DNA of 62,982 nucleotides, the filler included. It is 5 parts of 5 records of this genome, joined end to end, with 100 filler letters (N's around TTAATTAATTAA, not from the genome) between each part and the next. Parts side by side here need not be neighbours in the genome. Positions count along the whole stretch, not along the records: positions 33,306 to 51,854 come from SRR2962707_3175; 4 more parts are not named here. One strand, given 5' to 3'. Position 1 is the first letter of the stretch, and each line of letters starts with the position of its first letter. The position numbers and the translations under genes were made by a program. Shown piece after piece: positions 38,243 to 48,057 of the stretch. A model generated the notes under the pieces. That model did no database searches. It was not told the DNA's origin and saw only the letters and a program-made list of their open reading frames with translations.

Positions 38243-41113
38243 TTAGTCATTCAAAATGTCCTTAATGGACCTCCCGAAGCGTTTTTCGTATTGTGTAGTG
38301 AAGCTGCTGACATTGTGCATTCCGATAATAAGTGCTGCTTCGGTGGCCGTTTTCACCCGGTTGTTGTTGAGGTATTTTTCAAGGTATTGCCAACGTACTT
38401 CTTTGATTAGCTCGTAAGGTGTCAGTCCGGAAATTTTCTTGATCATGCGATAGACCTTCCGCTCGCTGGCTGCCATTTCATCCGCCAGGTCCAGTACCGA
38501 GAGGTGAGGATCGTTGATCCGCTTGATGATCAAACGTTCGAGTTTGCTCATCACATTTTTTTCGAATTCTTCCGCTGTTTCCCCGTAAAGCTTACCCAGT
38601 TTCTGTTCGCTATCCCATTCTCTTCCTAGGATGTTTTGAATCTTAGCTATCAACTCTTCCTTGTCAAAAGGTTTGCTGATTACATCTTCTGCTCCTTTTG
38701 CGATTAGATCTATTCGTTCGGATTTGTCGGTACGGGCACTCACTACCAATACTGGTATTTTTCGGAGCTCTTTGTCTTTCTTTAGATGATCTACCAATTC
38801 AAATCCATCCATGTATGGCATCATTAAATCTGTGATGATGAGATCGATGTGTTGGGATTGTAGCTGATCCAGGGCATTGCCCCCATTGGAAGCCAGATAT
38901 ATCCTGAAATTCGTATCCAGGATGCTTTTCAGATAAGATCTCAGCTCTTTATGATCCTCTACAATTAAGATGGTTTTAGCGACTTCACGATCATTGGAAA
39001 GAGATGGCACCTGAAGTCGCTCTTTTTCTTCTTGCAAATCCATCCACAGGGAATTTCTGGTCACAACATCAAGCGATCGCTCCGGCACAATGGCCTTGGA
39101 TATCCAGTCACTTCCCTTAAATGGAAAACTAATGGTGAAGACTGTACCCTCATTCGAACTTTCAACAGATACGGAACCATTGTGTAGTTCAACCAGCTCT
39201 TTGACCAAAGCCAATCCAATGCCTACACCTGCTTGCGAAGTTGTTTCTGTGGCGCTTTGATAATATCGATCAAATACCAGTTTCAGGCTTTCTTCAGGGA
39301 TACCCGGACCAGAATCAGAGATGGAGATATCAATTTTATCTGAGGAAGAGGTGAGACCCACTTTAACAATACCTTTTTCAGGTGTAAACTTGATGGCATT
39401 CGATAAGAGGTTGTAAATGATCTTCTCAAACTGGTGCGGATCCAATTGAAGAATGGTTTCCTCTTCACAAGTCGTATTGAAGCTAAGCGCTATGTATTTG
39501 ATGTCTGCGGCACTACTGAACATTTTGGTAAGAAGTCGCAAGTAGGGCACAATCTTGACGTACTGGAGATCAAGGCTAACTTTTCCTTCTTCCAATCTGG
39601 TCAGGTCCATGATTTCATCTGCAAGGTAGAGCAACCGTTTTCCATTTTTAACACCTGTATCCAACAAGTCGCGCGATTCCTTGTCAAGCACTTCAAAATC
39701 CCTTTCAGTGATTTTATCTAGTGACCCGAGGATTAGGGTTAGGGGAGATCGTAAGTCATGTGAAATATTTGAAAAGAAGCGAGTTTTGGCCTGATCCAAC
39801 TCTTTCAGCTTAGCTGATTGAGCTTCAATCTTGATGAGTAGTTTTTTGCGTTCATTTAATTGCCGACGAAGTAGTAATGAAAAAATCAGCAGAAGCAGTA
39901 GGATCAGAATTGTGGCTATAATAACTGTATTTTGAAACCTGATTTTTTGATCATTGATCAGCACTTCTTCTTTTAATAATTGGTTTTCCTTCTCTTTTAA
40001 TTCGTTTTGAAATCGGCCTTCAATTTCTTCTGTTAACCTAATTACATTCTCATCATGAATTGAATCATTCAATAAGCTATAGTCAAAAAACAGCTGTGCA
40101 GCCTCTTCGAAATTTCCAAGATTTGCTTCAATCTTTCCAAGTTGCCACATCGCTTCCGTTTGTCGATCCAGACTAGGTGAACCTTGAGCAATCTCATGAG
40201 CAATAAGTGCATATTTTTTAGCGAGTGTATACTTCTCTAGCTCGATGTAAATTTTGGCAAGGCTAATTGCCGCATACGTGAGTGAGATGTTCTTACCAAA
40301 TGGCTCCTTTAGATCATAGGATTTTTGTGCATAATACAAGGCTGAATCGTAGTTCCCTTGGTTATAATATGTTTCACCTATGTTGCCATAGGTCATGGCA
40401 AAATCCTTCCTATATTCTTTTTCTTCACGTCCATTGATGGCTTTTCTAAGGTAAAGTCTTGATGTTTCATAGTCACCAGCTTTCATATAGGAGATGCCCA
40501 TGTTGTTATAGATACCTTTTGATCGATCGCTATCTCTTCCAACAATATCAAGCGCACGTTCAAAATACTCAATGGATTTCTCCAGATTGCCTGTTTTGTG
40601 ATAGACTAGTCCAAGAGCACTCATTGAACCGGATGCAGAACGATCGTTCCCTAATGCCAATTTTAGTTCAATGGCTTTGGTTAGATAATGAACAGCAGAG
40701 TCATATAATCCCATGTTTTCGAATGCATTCCCTAGGTTGTTATAATTAGTGGAAATGCCTCTCTGGTCATCGTTGGTGGTATTGATGGCAAGGGATTTTC
40801 TAAGATTAGCTATCCCAAAATCATCGAGACCATTTTCAAGTTGGATGACACCCAGGGTTGAGTAACTTATCCCATCAAACTGAGATCCCAAGGATTGTGA
40901 CATGACCAGTGCCATCTGGCCATATTCCATTGCCGAGTCTGCGTGGATTCTACGGTAGGTCCAGGCAAGCTCGTCTAGTAATCGAAAACGTAAAGAGTCG
41001 TCGGTAACTGTTTCCAGATCATTTTTTAGACTATCGACAAAAACCCGCATTTGAGCATTAGAGATCGATATTGAAAGACAGGTCAGGAGTAAAAGGAGGC
41101 AGATCTTCTTCAT
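38243..41113 (-). CDS. TPR-sensor hybrid histidine kinase/response regulator with C-terminal AraC-like HTH
   Basis: Signal peptide, TPR repeats, TM, SHDLRSPL, NLLSNAIKFT, DSGPGI, G.GIGL, VEDH..TDLMMP.MDG..KPF, LADEMAASER. Confidence 0.93.
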   Translation of the reverse strand: MKKICLLLLLTCLSISISNAQMRVFVDSLKNDLETVTDDSLRFRLLDELAWTYRRIHADSAMEYGQMALVMSQSLGSQFDGISYSTLGVIQLENGLDDFGIANLRKSLAINTTNDDQRGISTNYNNLGNAFENMGLYDSAVHYLTKAIELKLALGNDRSASGSMSALGLVYHKTGNLEKSIEYFERALDIVGRDSDRSKGIYNNMGISYMKAGDYETSRLYLRKAINGREEKEYRKDFAMTYGNIGETYYNQGNYDSALYYAQKSYDLKEPFGKNISLTYAAISLAKIYIELEKYTLAKKYALIAHEIAQGSPSLDRQTEAMWQLGKIEANLGNFEEAAQLFFDYSLLNDSIHDENVIRLTEEIEGRFQNELKEKENQLLKEEVLINDQKIRFQNTVIIATILILLLLLIFSLLLRRQLNERKKLLIKIEAQSAKLKELDQAKTRFFSNISHDLRSPLTLILGSLDKITERDFEVLDKESRDLLDTGVKNGKRLLYLADEIMDLTRLEEGKVSLDLQYVKIVPYLRLLTKMFSSAADIKYIALSFNTTCEEETILQLDPHQFEKIIYNLLSNAIKFTPEKGIVKVGLTSSSDKIDISISDSGPGIPEESLKLVFDRYYQSATETTSQAGVGIGLALVKELVELHNGSVSVESSNEGTVFTISFPFKGSDWISKAIVPERSLDVVTRNSLWMDLQEEKERLQVPSLSNDREVAKTILIVEDHKELRSYLKSILDTNFRIYLASNGGNALDQLQSQHIDLIITDLMMPYMDGFELVDHLKKDKELRKIPVLVVSARTDKSERIDLIAKGAEDVISKPFDKEELIAKIQNILGREWDSEQKLGKLYGETAEEFEKNVMSKLERLIIKRINDPHLSVLDLADEMAASERKVYRMIKKISGLTPYELIKEVRWQYLEKYLNNNRVKTATEAALIIGMHNVSSFTTQYEKRFGRSIKDILND

Positions 41114-41139
41114 TGACTAGGTGGTAATTGACTAAAGAT

Positions 41140-41172
41140 AAAAAAAGCTCCCCTGATACGTATCAAAGGAGC
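41140..41172 (-). terminator. Minus-strand intrinsic terminator
   Basis: GCUCCUUUGAU-ACGU-AUCAGGGGAGC then U7; the G.U pairs form only on the minus strand. Confidence 0.8.
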
Positions 41173-41243
41173 CTGTTCTACCCACGGTGCTATGCGTGAT
41201 CAGGTGGATTTCACAACTAAGCTAGGGTAGGGCAAATTCATTA

Positions 41244-41273
41244 TTCTGTCAACTTACTTCAAAATCCTGCCAA
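41244..41273 (-). promoter_or_regulatory. Second 21-bp-phased direct repeat
   Basis: TTGGCAGGA-N12-TTGACAGAA on the minus strand; TAGCTTAG -7-like box at 41224-41217, same spacing as the first site. Confidence 0.6.
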
Positions 41274-41274
41274 C

Positions 41275-41955
41275 TTACTCGTAAAACACTGCCACCTCTT
41301 CCAAAGGCTTTCTGTGAAGGTCAGGAACATAGACTTCTTCTTTAGGATAACCGATAGGGAGAAGCAGATAAGGCCGTTCATTATCTGGTCGTTCCAGGAT
41401 CTTCGTAAGAAAATTCATGGGTGAAGGAGTATGTGTTAGTGTAACCAATCCGGCATTATGGATTGCAGAAATGATCATTCCACATGCAATCCCGACGGAT
41501 TCATTCACATAGTAGTTGTTTTGCTTCTCTCCGTCAATCATTTCATACACTCGCTTGAAAATGACGATCAGCCATGGAGCCTCTTCAAGAAATGGTTTAT
41601 TCCAATCAGTCCCGATGGGTTCCAGGTCTTTTAGCCAACGATCACTCATCCGACCATGATAGCTATCAAACTCCTCTTTTTCTGCTGCCTCCCGAATGGC
41701 TTTCTTCATTTCCGGATTGGAAATAGCGCAAAACGTCCAAGGCTGCTTATGTGCACCTGAAGGAGCCGTTGAGCCAGCCATGATCAAATGTTCAATCAGT
41801 TCTTTGGATACCGGTTTGTCAGATATATCTCTGACGGTTCTTCGTGTATCCAACCATTGGTAGTATTCTTCTGCTCTTTTCTCAGCCTCTGCCGGTTCAT
41901 AGATATCCCGCTCATAGCTGACATGCGGGTACCCGTTGATTTCTCTTTTATTCAT
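41275..41955 (-). CDS. Iodotyrosine deiodinase-like nitroreductase
   Basis: RRTVR, APSGAHKQPW, lid AAEKEEFDSY..M...W..DL...GTDW.KPFL (E/Y/K), TLTHTP. Confidence 0.85.
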   Translation of the reverse strand: MNKREINGYPHVSYERDIYEPAEAEKRAEEYYQWLDTRRTVRDISDKPVSKELIEHLIMAGSTAPSGAHKQPWTFCAISNPEMKKAIREAAEKEEFDSYHGRMSDRWLKDLEPIGTDWNKPFLEEAPWLIVIFKRVYEMIDGEKQNNYYVNESVGIACGMIISAIHNAGLVTLTHTPSPMNFLTKILERPDNERPYLLLPIGYPKEEVYVPDLHRKPLEEVAVFYE

Positions 41956-43589
41956 TATAATCCTAAAACGTCTACGCCTTGTTCAAATACGATATCCACA
42001 GGGATGTTTTGGTCAGCTAAGCGATCCAACTCAGCCTGAAGTGCTTCACCAATTTTACCTTTTTCTGCTACCAGTTGTGCCACACCTTCATAATCACCAT
42101 CTCCCTGCAAAGTGAGGATCAACTTGGACAAGGCATCCATGGCTTCCCTCATTTTATCATAATCCACTTTGTAAGTACCTGTTGCCTCGTCCTTCGCGAA
42201 TGCACCGTATTCATTGAAGAAATTGAAACGGATCATATTTGCTTTTCCATGTGAGCTAGCTGCACCAAACCGCACCGACCTAAAGATGCCTGCCATGAAG
42301 GTGGTGTAATAGTCTTTAAGGTCACCCTCAATCTCTCCTTTTTCATACAACTGGGTGATCATGTACAATCCCAGGATGTCTGCTTTTCCTTCCTCTAGTG
42401 CAGATGAATGTTCCTTCAAGGCAGCTCTTACAGTTCCCTTTCCATTGATGGTGTTTTTGATGCCTAAACCGTGCGCTACCTCATGAAACATGGTATTGCC
42501 AAAGAAGGCATCAAAGGTGATGTATTGACGCTGATCCGGGTGTATCAGCACATCCGCAATAGGCACAAGGATGTGATCAAATTTTGCCTGCATGGCATTT
42601 TTGAGTTGTAATCTGCGTGATCCCTTCGATAATTGTACTTCAGGATCATTAGGTAAGTTGATGGCGATGGTTTTTGAACCGGAGTTACAATCACCGGCAT
42701 AGTACACCACATCATATGCATTCAGGTCTGCATCCGTTCCGGGTGTTTCCTTTTTGTATTCGTCAGAGACTGGAATGCCTCTTTGAAGTTCGGGTAGAAA
42801 ATCGGCATACTTAGCTAACCGGTTACTCCAGCTTTTATCTTTCACGAGTACGTATGCTTCATGAGCAGCCTTGTAGTTGTAGAGCTGATCTTCGTAGTTT
42901 TCGATTGGTCCAACCACAAAATCCAATCCATTGGTTTTCATGTCCATCCAGGCCATGTCACTTGGCTGGTATTCGTCATTTAATAGTGCATCTGCTCTAA
43001 GGGTCAAATAGTTTTTCAAGCCTTCGTCCTCTGCCAATTCAGCGCACTGTCTCAGTAAGCTTGCAGCTCTTTGCACTTGTTCGCTAAACATCTTGTTATA
43101 GGGAACAGTGACAAGATTACCTGAATCATCCCTTCGAATGAATGTGTATAGGCTGGTTTTTCCTTCAAGATCAGCTGCCTCAAATTCTTCTTTGGTCATA
43201 TCAGCTGGATAGTAATTGGCACCTGCAGGCTTAGCACCTACTCCTTCGATGTATGGTTCGTTATTGCTCAATCGATCCCACGGACCATAATTGATCATCG
43301 CATATTTTCGGGTTGCTTCTTCTTCCAATGAGCCTAGGAAAGCCTCTTTGTCACCATAAGCCTCATACCAAAAAAGGTCATCCATGATTTTGGATGCTTC
43401 AATCATCAAGGGAATCATTTGCTTTTCGCTTTCGCTAAGCGTAGAAATGTCGGTGGTAAGTTTTACCTCCTTGTAAATGGATAACTTCTGTTCCATGGGA
43501 GACAATTCCACCACTTCCTCCTGTTGTTCCGGGGTTGTACATTGACTTAGAATCACTCCCATCAATGCTATAATCAGTGTTTTTTTCAT
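41955..43589 (-). CDS. M49-like (dipeptidyl peptidase III-like) zinc peptidase lipoprotein
   Basis: Lipobox-like LSQC; GPIENYED, AINLPND, HEVAHGLG, LEEGKAD. Confidence 0.85.
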   Translation of the reverse strand: MKKTLIIALMGVILSQCTTPEQQEEVVELSPMEQKLSIYKEVKLTTDISTLSESEKQMIPLMIEASKIMDDLFWYEAYGDKEAFLGSLEEEATRKYAMINYGPWDRLSNNEPYIEGVGAKPAGANYYPADMTKEEFEAADLEGKTSLYTFIRRDDSGNLVTVPYNKMFSEQVQRAASLLRQCAELAEDEGLKNYLTLRADALLNDEYQPSDMAWMDMKTNGLDFVVGPIENYEDQLYNYKAAHEAYVLVKDKSWSNRLAKYADFLPELQRGIPVSDEYKKETPGTDADLNAYDVVYYAGDCNSGSKTIAINLPNDPEVQLSKGSRRLQLKNAMQAKFDHILVPIADVLIHPDQRQYITFDAFFGNTMFHEVAHGLGIKNTINGKGTVRAALKEHSSALEEGKADILGLYMITQLYEKGEIEGDLKDYYTTFMAGIFRSVRFGAASSHGKANMIRFNFFNEYGAFAKDEATGTYKVDYDKMREAMDALSKLILTLQGDGDYEGVAQLVAEKGKIGEALQAELDRLADQNIPVDIVFEQGVDVLGL

Positions 43590-43709
43590 TGGGTTAAGAT
43601 TTGACTGGTTAAGAATGATCTAAGTTAAGAATATTTCGAAGGTTGGCTAGGGATACCTTCAACTAATCTTAATTCAGTTAAATTGGTGGCTTTAAATCAA
43701 TCCCAATCC

Positions 43710-45341
43710 ATGAAAAACATTAAAATCCTGTCTCTTTTATCAGTCATAATTATTTCCTGTTCGCCATCGGCTGAAAAGGAGCGTGTAAAGATTTCAGAAG
43801 AATCTTTGAAGAATCATTTGACCACTTTAGCGTCTGATGAATTTCAGGGCAGAAAACCTTTCACCGAGGGGGAAGCAAAGACAACAGCTTACCTCAAGGA
43901 ACAATTTGAAGCCTTTGGATTAGCGCCTGGAAATGGTGATTCATTTTTTCAGGAAGTGCCGATGGTGGAGCTAACCGCTATGCCTTCCCAAACCATGACA
44001 ATTGAGGGGAACGGCTCGAAAGTAGAACTGAACGTGCTGGATGAATTTGTAGCCTACACAGAGCAAGTGGTTGAGAAAGTAAGTTTGGATGCATCCGAGT
44101 TGGTATTTGCTGGGTATGGGGTGGTTGCTCCGGAATACGGCTGGAACGATTACGAAGGATTGGATGTGAAAGGCAAAACAGTAGTAGTGCTTGTAAATGA
44201 TCCGGGTTTTGGGTCTGAGGACTCCACGCTTTTCAAAGGAAAGACAATGACGTATTACGGCAGATGGACCTACAAATACGAAGAAGCCGCCAGACAAGGA
44301 GCGGCAGGATGTCTCATCATTCATGAAACGGTTCCTGCAGGATACGGATGGTCAGTGGTTAGAAATTCCTGGTCAGGGGCAAGTCTATATCTTGATCAAT
44401 CCGGAGGAGGATATCAGCCAAGTGTTTTGGGATGGATCACAAGAGATGCTGCCATTAAGATCTTCGAAGCATCGGACGTGGATATGCGGAACTATGCAGC
44501 AAAATCCCGAAGCGGTGACTTCAAACCTGTCAGTCTGGGACTCACCACATCAGTGACCGTAGAGAATAAGATAAAAAGAGACGTTTCCAAAAATGTTATC
44601 GCGAAGATCACAGGTAGTGAGCGGCCGGATGAATACATCATCTATTCTGCACATTGGGATCACCTTGGAATTGGTCAGGAAATAGATGGTGATAGCATTT
44701 ACAATGGAGCACATGACAATGCATCCGGCACCTCAACACTATTGGGTATTGCTGAGGCGATGGCAAAGGGCCCACAACCTAAGCGCAGTGTTGTCTTTCT
44801 AGCTGTCACTGCTGAAGAACAAGGACTGTTGGGGTCAAAATATTATGCTCAGAATCCAATCTATCCGCCAGCGAAAACGGTGGCTAACATCAACATGGAT
44901 GGAATCACAACCTGGGGACCTATGAAAGATTTAACGGTGGTTGGATATGGACAATCGGAGCTGGAAGACTTGGCTGAAGAGATTGCTCAAACTCAGGGTA
45001 GATACATCATTCCTGACCCGGATCCGGGAAAAGGGTATTTCTTCCGTTCGGATCATTTTCAATTTGCTAAAGTGGGCATCCCGGCATTGTATGCATCCGG
45101 ATCTTCTGAACATATGAGCATGGGCAAAGCCTACATAGACAGTTTAAACAAAGTTTATTTATCAACCCAGTACCACCGTCCTCAAGATGAATACCAACCA
45201 GGCTTCTGGACGTTTGATGGGATGGCTTTAGATGGGGAGTTAATGATGGAGGTTGGCTATCGATTAGCAAATTCTGATGAATGGCCAAACTGGAAGGAAG
45301 GTTCTGAGTTTAAATCCATAAGAGAAGCAAGTAATAAATAA
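43710..45341 (+). CDS. M28 family peptidase lipoprotein with PA domain
   Basis: IISC lipobox; AHWDH, NGAHDNASG, AEEQGLLGS, NMD, RSDH, YH. Confidence 0.93.
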   Translation: MKNIKILSLLSVIIISCSPSAEKERVKISEESLKNHLTTLASDEFQGRKPFTEGEAKTTAYLKEQFEAFGLAPGNGDSFFQEVPMVELTAMPSQTMTIEGNGSKVELNVLDEFVAYTEQVVEKVSLDASELVFAGYGVVAPEYGWNDYEGLDVKGKTVVVLVNDPGFGSEDSTLFKGKTMTYYGRWTYKYEEAARQGAAGCLIIHETVPAGYGWSVVRNSWSGASLYLDQSGGGYQPSVLGWITRDAAIKIFEASDVDMRNYAAKSRSGDFKPVSLGLTTSVTVENKIKRDVSKNVIAKITGSERPDEYIIYSAHWDHLGIGQEIDGDSIYNGAHDNASGTSTLLGIAEAMAKGPQPKRSVVFLAVTAEEQGLLGSKYYAQNPIYPPAKTVANINMDGITTWGPMKDLTVVGYGQSELEDLAEEIAQTQGRYIIPDPDPGKGYFFRSDHFQFAKVGIPALYASGSSEHMSMGKAYIDSLNKVYLSTQYHRPQDEYQPGFWTFDGMALDGELMMEVGYRLANSDEWPNWKEGSEFKSIREASNK

Positions 45342-45363
45342 TACCAAACCTAATTTATTCGCC

Positions 45364-45927
45364 ATGAGACATTTACTAGTTGTGCTGATGGGCATGTTTG
45401 CATTTGCCTGTACCCATAGTCATGAACACACACATGATACGCCAGAAGCTAATGAAGAGCTTTACGATTATGATGTTGAAGCAAGAATTGCAGAATTGGG
45501 GATTGAACTAACTGAAGCACCACCTCCGGTAGCCAATTATGTGAATACCGTTCGTACTGGAAATTTGGTTTTTATGGCGGGCAAAGGCCCCAACAAGCCT
45601 GAAGGAGGTTATGTAACCGGTAAAGTAGGAGTGGATTTGACGGTAGAGGAAGGATATGCCGCCGCACAGCTTGCAGCACGTGCACAGTTATCTGCCCTCA
45701 AGGCAGAGCTTGGAGACTTGAACCGTGTTGTCAGGATCGTGAAAGTATTGGGGATGGTGAATTGTGCACCTGATTTTGCTAATCAGCCCGAGGTAATCAA
45801 TGGGTTTTCTGACACCATGGTGGAGGTGTTCGGAGATAGGGGTAAGCATGCTCGCGCAGCTGTGGGAATGGCCTCATTGCCACGAAATATTGCAGTGGAA
45901 ATTGAAATGATTGTAGAAGTACAATAA
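45364..45927 (+). CDS. RidA/YjgF family protein with lipoprotein signal and His-rich linker
   Basis: FAFA-C-THSHEHTH; PVANYV, INGFSD, HARAAVG..SLP....VEIE. Confidence 0.88.
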   Translation: MRHLLVVLMGMFAFACTHSHEHTHDTPEANEELYDYDVEARIAELGIELTEAPPPVANYVNTVRTGNLVFMAGKGPNKPEGGYVTGKVGVDLTVEEGYAAAQLAARAQLSALKAELGDLNRVVRIVKVLGMVNCAPDFANQPEVINGFSDTMVEVFGDRGKHARAAVGMASLPRNIAVEIEMIVEVQ

Positions 45928-45930
45928 GCA

Positions 45931-46638
45931 ATGGGATTGAATTTTAAGAAAGTTGTTTTTGCGGGGTGTTTGTTGTTGAGCATGAGTCTGGTTCAGGCTC
46001 AGGATCGGGAAATAAGGAATGAATTGATCCTATGGATTCAATACAATGCGAAATTTAAGATCAGTGATAAATACAGCGGGAACGCTGCTATGCAATACAG
46101 GGCTTTTACAGATCGTGATAATGGGTATCATTTATTCTTTTCTACCGGTGTAACCAGAAAACTAGCTAATGGTGTTTCCGTTTCAGCAGGGTTTTCCAAT
46201 TTGAACATAAATCAGTTCGTGGATACAGATTTTGTGTTGGTTCCGGAAATAAGATCTTACCAAGGTATTCAGGTGACAAGTCCACTTAACAAATCCAAGT
46301 TGACCTGGCGTCTCATGGTTGAGCAGCGATTTTTCAGAAATGCCGCGAATGGAGAGCTCGCTTCAGGCTATCGGAACAATTGGAGGTTCCGCAATAAAAT
46401 TGGTTTGAGCCAATACATCTCGGACAAGTTTGACCTGATTTTGGCATCTGAAGTAATGATCAACGCTGGAAACATCAATGTCAATGTATTTGATCAGAAT
46501 AGGGCACAACTCCTGCTCAATTATAAAGTGGGAAAATTGGTGGTTAGTGGCGGATACATGCATTGGTTCTTCCAGACTTCTGGCAACAGACATGAAAACC
46601 GACATACCATATATACAGCATTCACACATACTTTTTGA
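45931..46638 (+). CDS. DUF2490-like outer-membrane beta-barrel protein
   Basis: Signal peptide; E.R.YQ, EQRF, RFR, FDQNR; C-terminal Phe. Confidence 0.75.
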   Translation: MGLNFKKVVFAGCLLLSMSLVQAQDREIRNELILWIQYNAKFKISDKYSGNAAMQYRAFTDRDNGYHLFFSTGVTRKLANGVSVSAGFSNLNINQFVDTDFVLVPEIRSYQGIQVTSPLNKSKLTWRLMVEQRFFRNAANGELASGYRNNWRFRNKIGLSQYISDKFDLILASEVMINAGNINVNVFDQNRAQLLLNYKVGKLVVSGGYMHWFFQTSGNRHENRHTIYTAFTHTF

Positions 46639-46679
46639 TAGTATTTCTTATTTTTAAACAACAATCAATACCTATTGCC

Positions 46680-47297
46680 ATGCCTCGAAAAGTTACCCTC
46701 GTCATTGTTCTTCTTTTTTCCGCTGTAACCGTTTTCTCTCAAGCGCACGAAGAGAAAAGTAAAAAATTCTATCACACCATGGGTACCTATACCGATCCAA
46801 GGGATGGAACGGTCTATAAGACGATCACTTTTGTGCGGGAGCATGCGGGAGCTAACATCAAACGAACCTGGTTTGCAGAGAACGTCAAGTTTAATGTTGA
46901 AGGCTCGAAGCTATACAACAACACTACTGAATACGGGAACATCTACGGAAGGCTATATAATTATCGCCAGGCTAATTTGGCTTGTCCTGAGGGATGGCAC
47001 GTACCAACCATTCATGAGTGGAAGCACCTCTTTCATTTCTTTGGTGGATGGCATCACTCAGGTCAATATTTGATTGATGGAAAAGAAAGTGACATGGACA
47101 TGTTGTTTGGAGGCTTTGGTCAACCGGACGGCACCTTCAAAGGCATTGGTGTTCATGGCAACTGGTGGGACAATGAGCTCAAGGACACCAATTCTGCCGG
47201 GATAATAACCTTGAAAAAGGGTGATGAGAATATCTATCATTCCAAAGTTGGCGATCAACACTACTTAAGCTGCAGATGTGTGCAGTTTCATAACTAG
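46680..47297 (+). CDS. FISUMP (Fibrobacter succinogenes major paralogous) domain protein
   Basis: TDPRDG.VYKT, W.AEN, YGRLY, ACPEGWHVPT..EW, S.RCV. Confidence 0.88.
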   Translation: MPRKVTLVIVLLFSAVTVFSQAHEEKSKKFYHTMGTYTDPRDGTVYKTITFVREHAGANIKRTWFAENVKFNVEGSKLYNNTTEYGNIYGRLYNYRQANLACPEGWHVPTIHEWKHLFHFFGGWHHSGQYLIDGKESDMDMLFGGFGQPDGTFKGIGVHGNWWDNELKDTNSAGIITLKKGDENIYHSKVGDQHYLSCRCVQFHN

Positions 47298-47881
47298 TTA
47301 AGCGATTTAGTCCGTCCGGCAAACTTGCCAATGTGGTGAAGTTCCAAATCTTCTCTCTTTAGCACTCTGATAGAATAGGTACGGCCTCTCAATTTTTTTA
47401 TCCGAATATTGATGAGCTTTTCTTCACCGAAATGCTCGGCTAAACCCTTGATAATACCAACAGCTAAGAAAGGAATGTTTCGAGTGGAACTGTAGCGAAT
47501 CTCTACCTCGTCTTTATCCCATCTTACGATATTGAGTTTTGGAGGACTGGCCTCTTTATTTCTCATTCGTACCGTTTTATGAATCTCTCTTTCTGTATGT
47601 TCGAGAAGATCCAGGGTTTTCCATTCATCTTTTGGTTCGTAGACTTTCAACAGGAAGGGAACCATGAATTTTCCAAAATCTTCTAGAGTTTCTCGTGGAT
47701 TTAGGTTGTGCTTGCGGATGGCGCCAAGCACCACTTTCAAAAACATTTTGTCCGGATAGCTTTCATTGATCTCGAAATGTGATTCTCCAACTGCTGCTGT
47801 TCTTGTGAGTCTTGCCCACTCACTTAATCCAAACTGACTGACATAGTACTTTTGAAATTCTCTGAAAACTAACCCGTGCAT
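47294..47881 (-). CDS. Heme NO-binding (H-NOX/HNOB) domain protein
   Basis: MHGLVF, YPD, LEDFG, proximal His (EIH), PP, YxSxR (YSSTR), G...G.A.HFG. Confidence 0.85.
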   Translation of the reverse strand: MHGLVFREFQKYYVSQFGLSEWARLTRTAAVGESHFEINESYPDKMFLKVVLGAIRKHNLNPRETLEDFGKFMVPFLLKVYEPKDEWKTLDLLEHTEREIHKTVRMRNKEASPPKLNIVRWDKDEVEIRYSSTRNIPFLAVGIIKGLAEHFGEEKLINIRIKKLRGRTYSIRVLKREDLELHHIGKFAGRTKSLN

Positions 47882-48057
47882 ATGCTTTGATTTTGATTGA
47901 ATTTCAAAGCTGGGAGATCACTCTAACCAGTCCTAGGAGCAGTGATCTACATGTTGTTTACATGTATCAAATTGAGGAGTTGGGAGATTGAAAAGTGGAT
48001 AATCTCATTTGGATTAATTTCGAGGCATAATTTCCATGAAGTTCGGTAATCATCGCC

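Noticed and set aside
34480-47881. H-NOX plus class III cyclase as a split soluble-guanylate-cyclase-like system
   Set aside because: About 12 kb apart with unrelated genes between; the cyclase is membrane-bound and nothing links them
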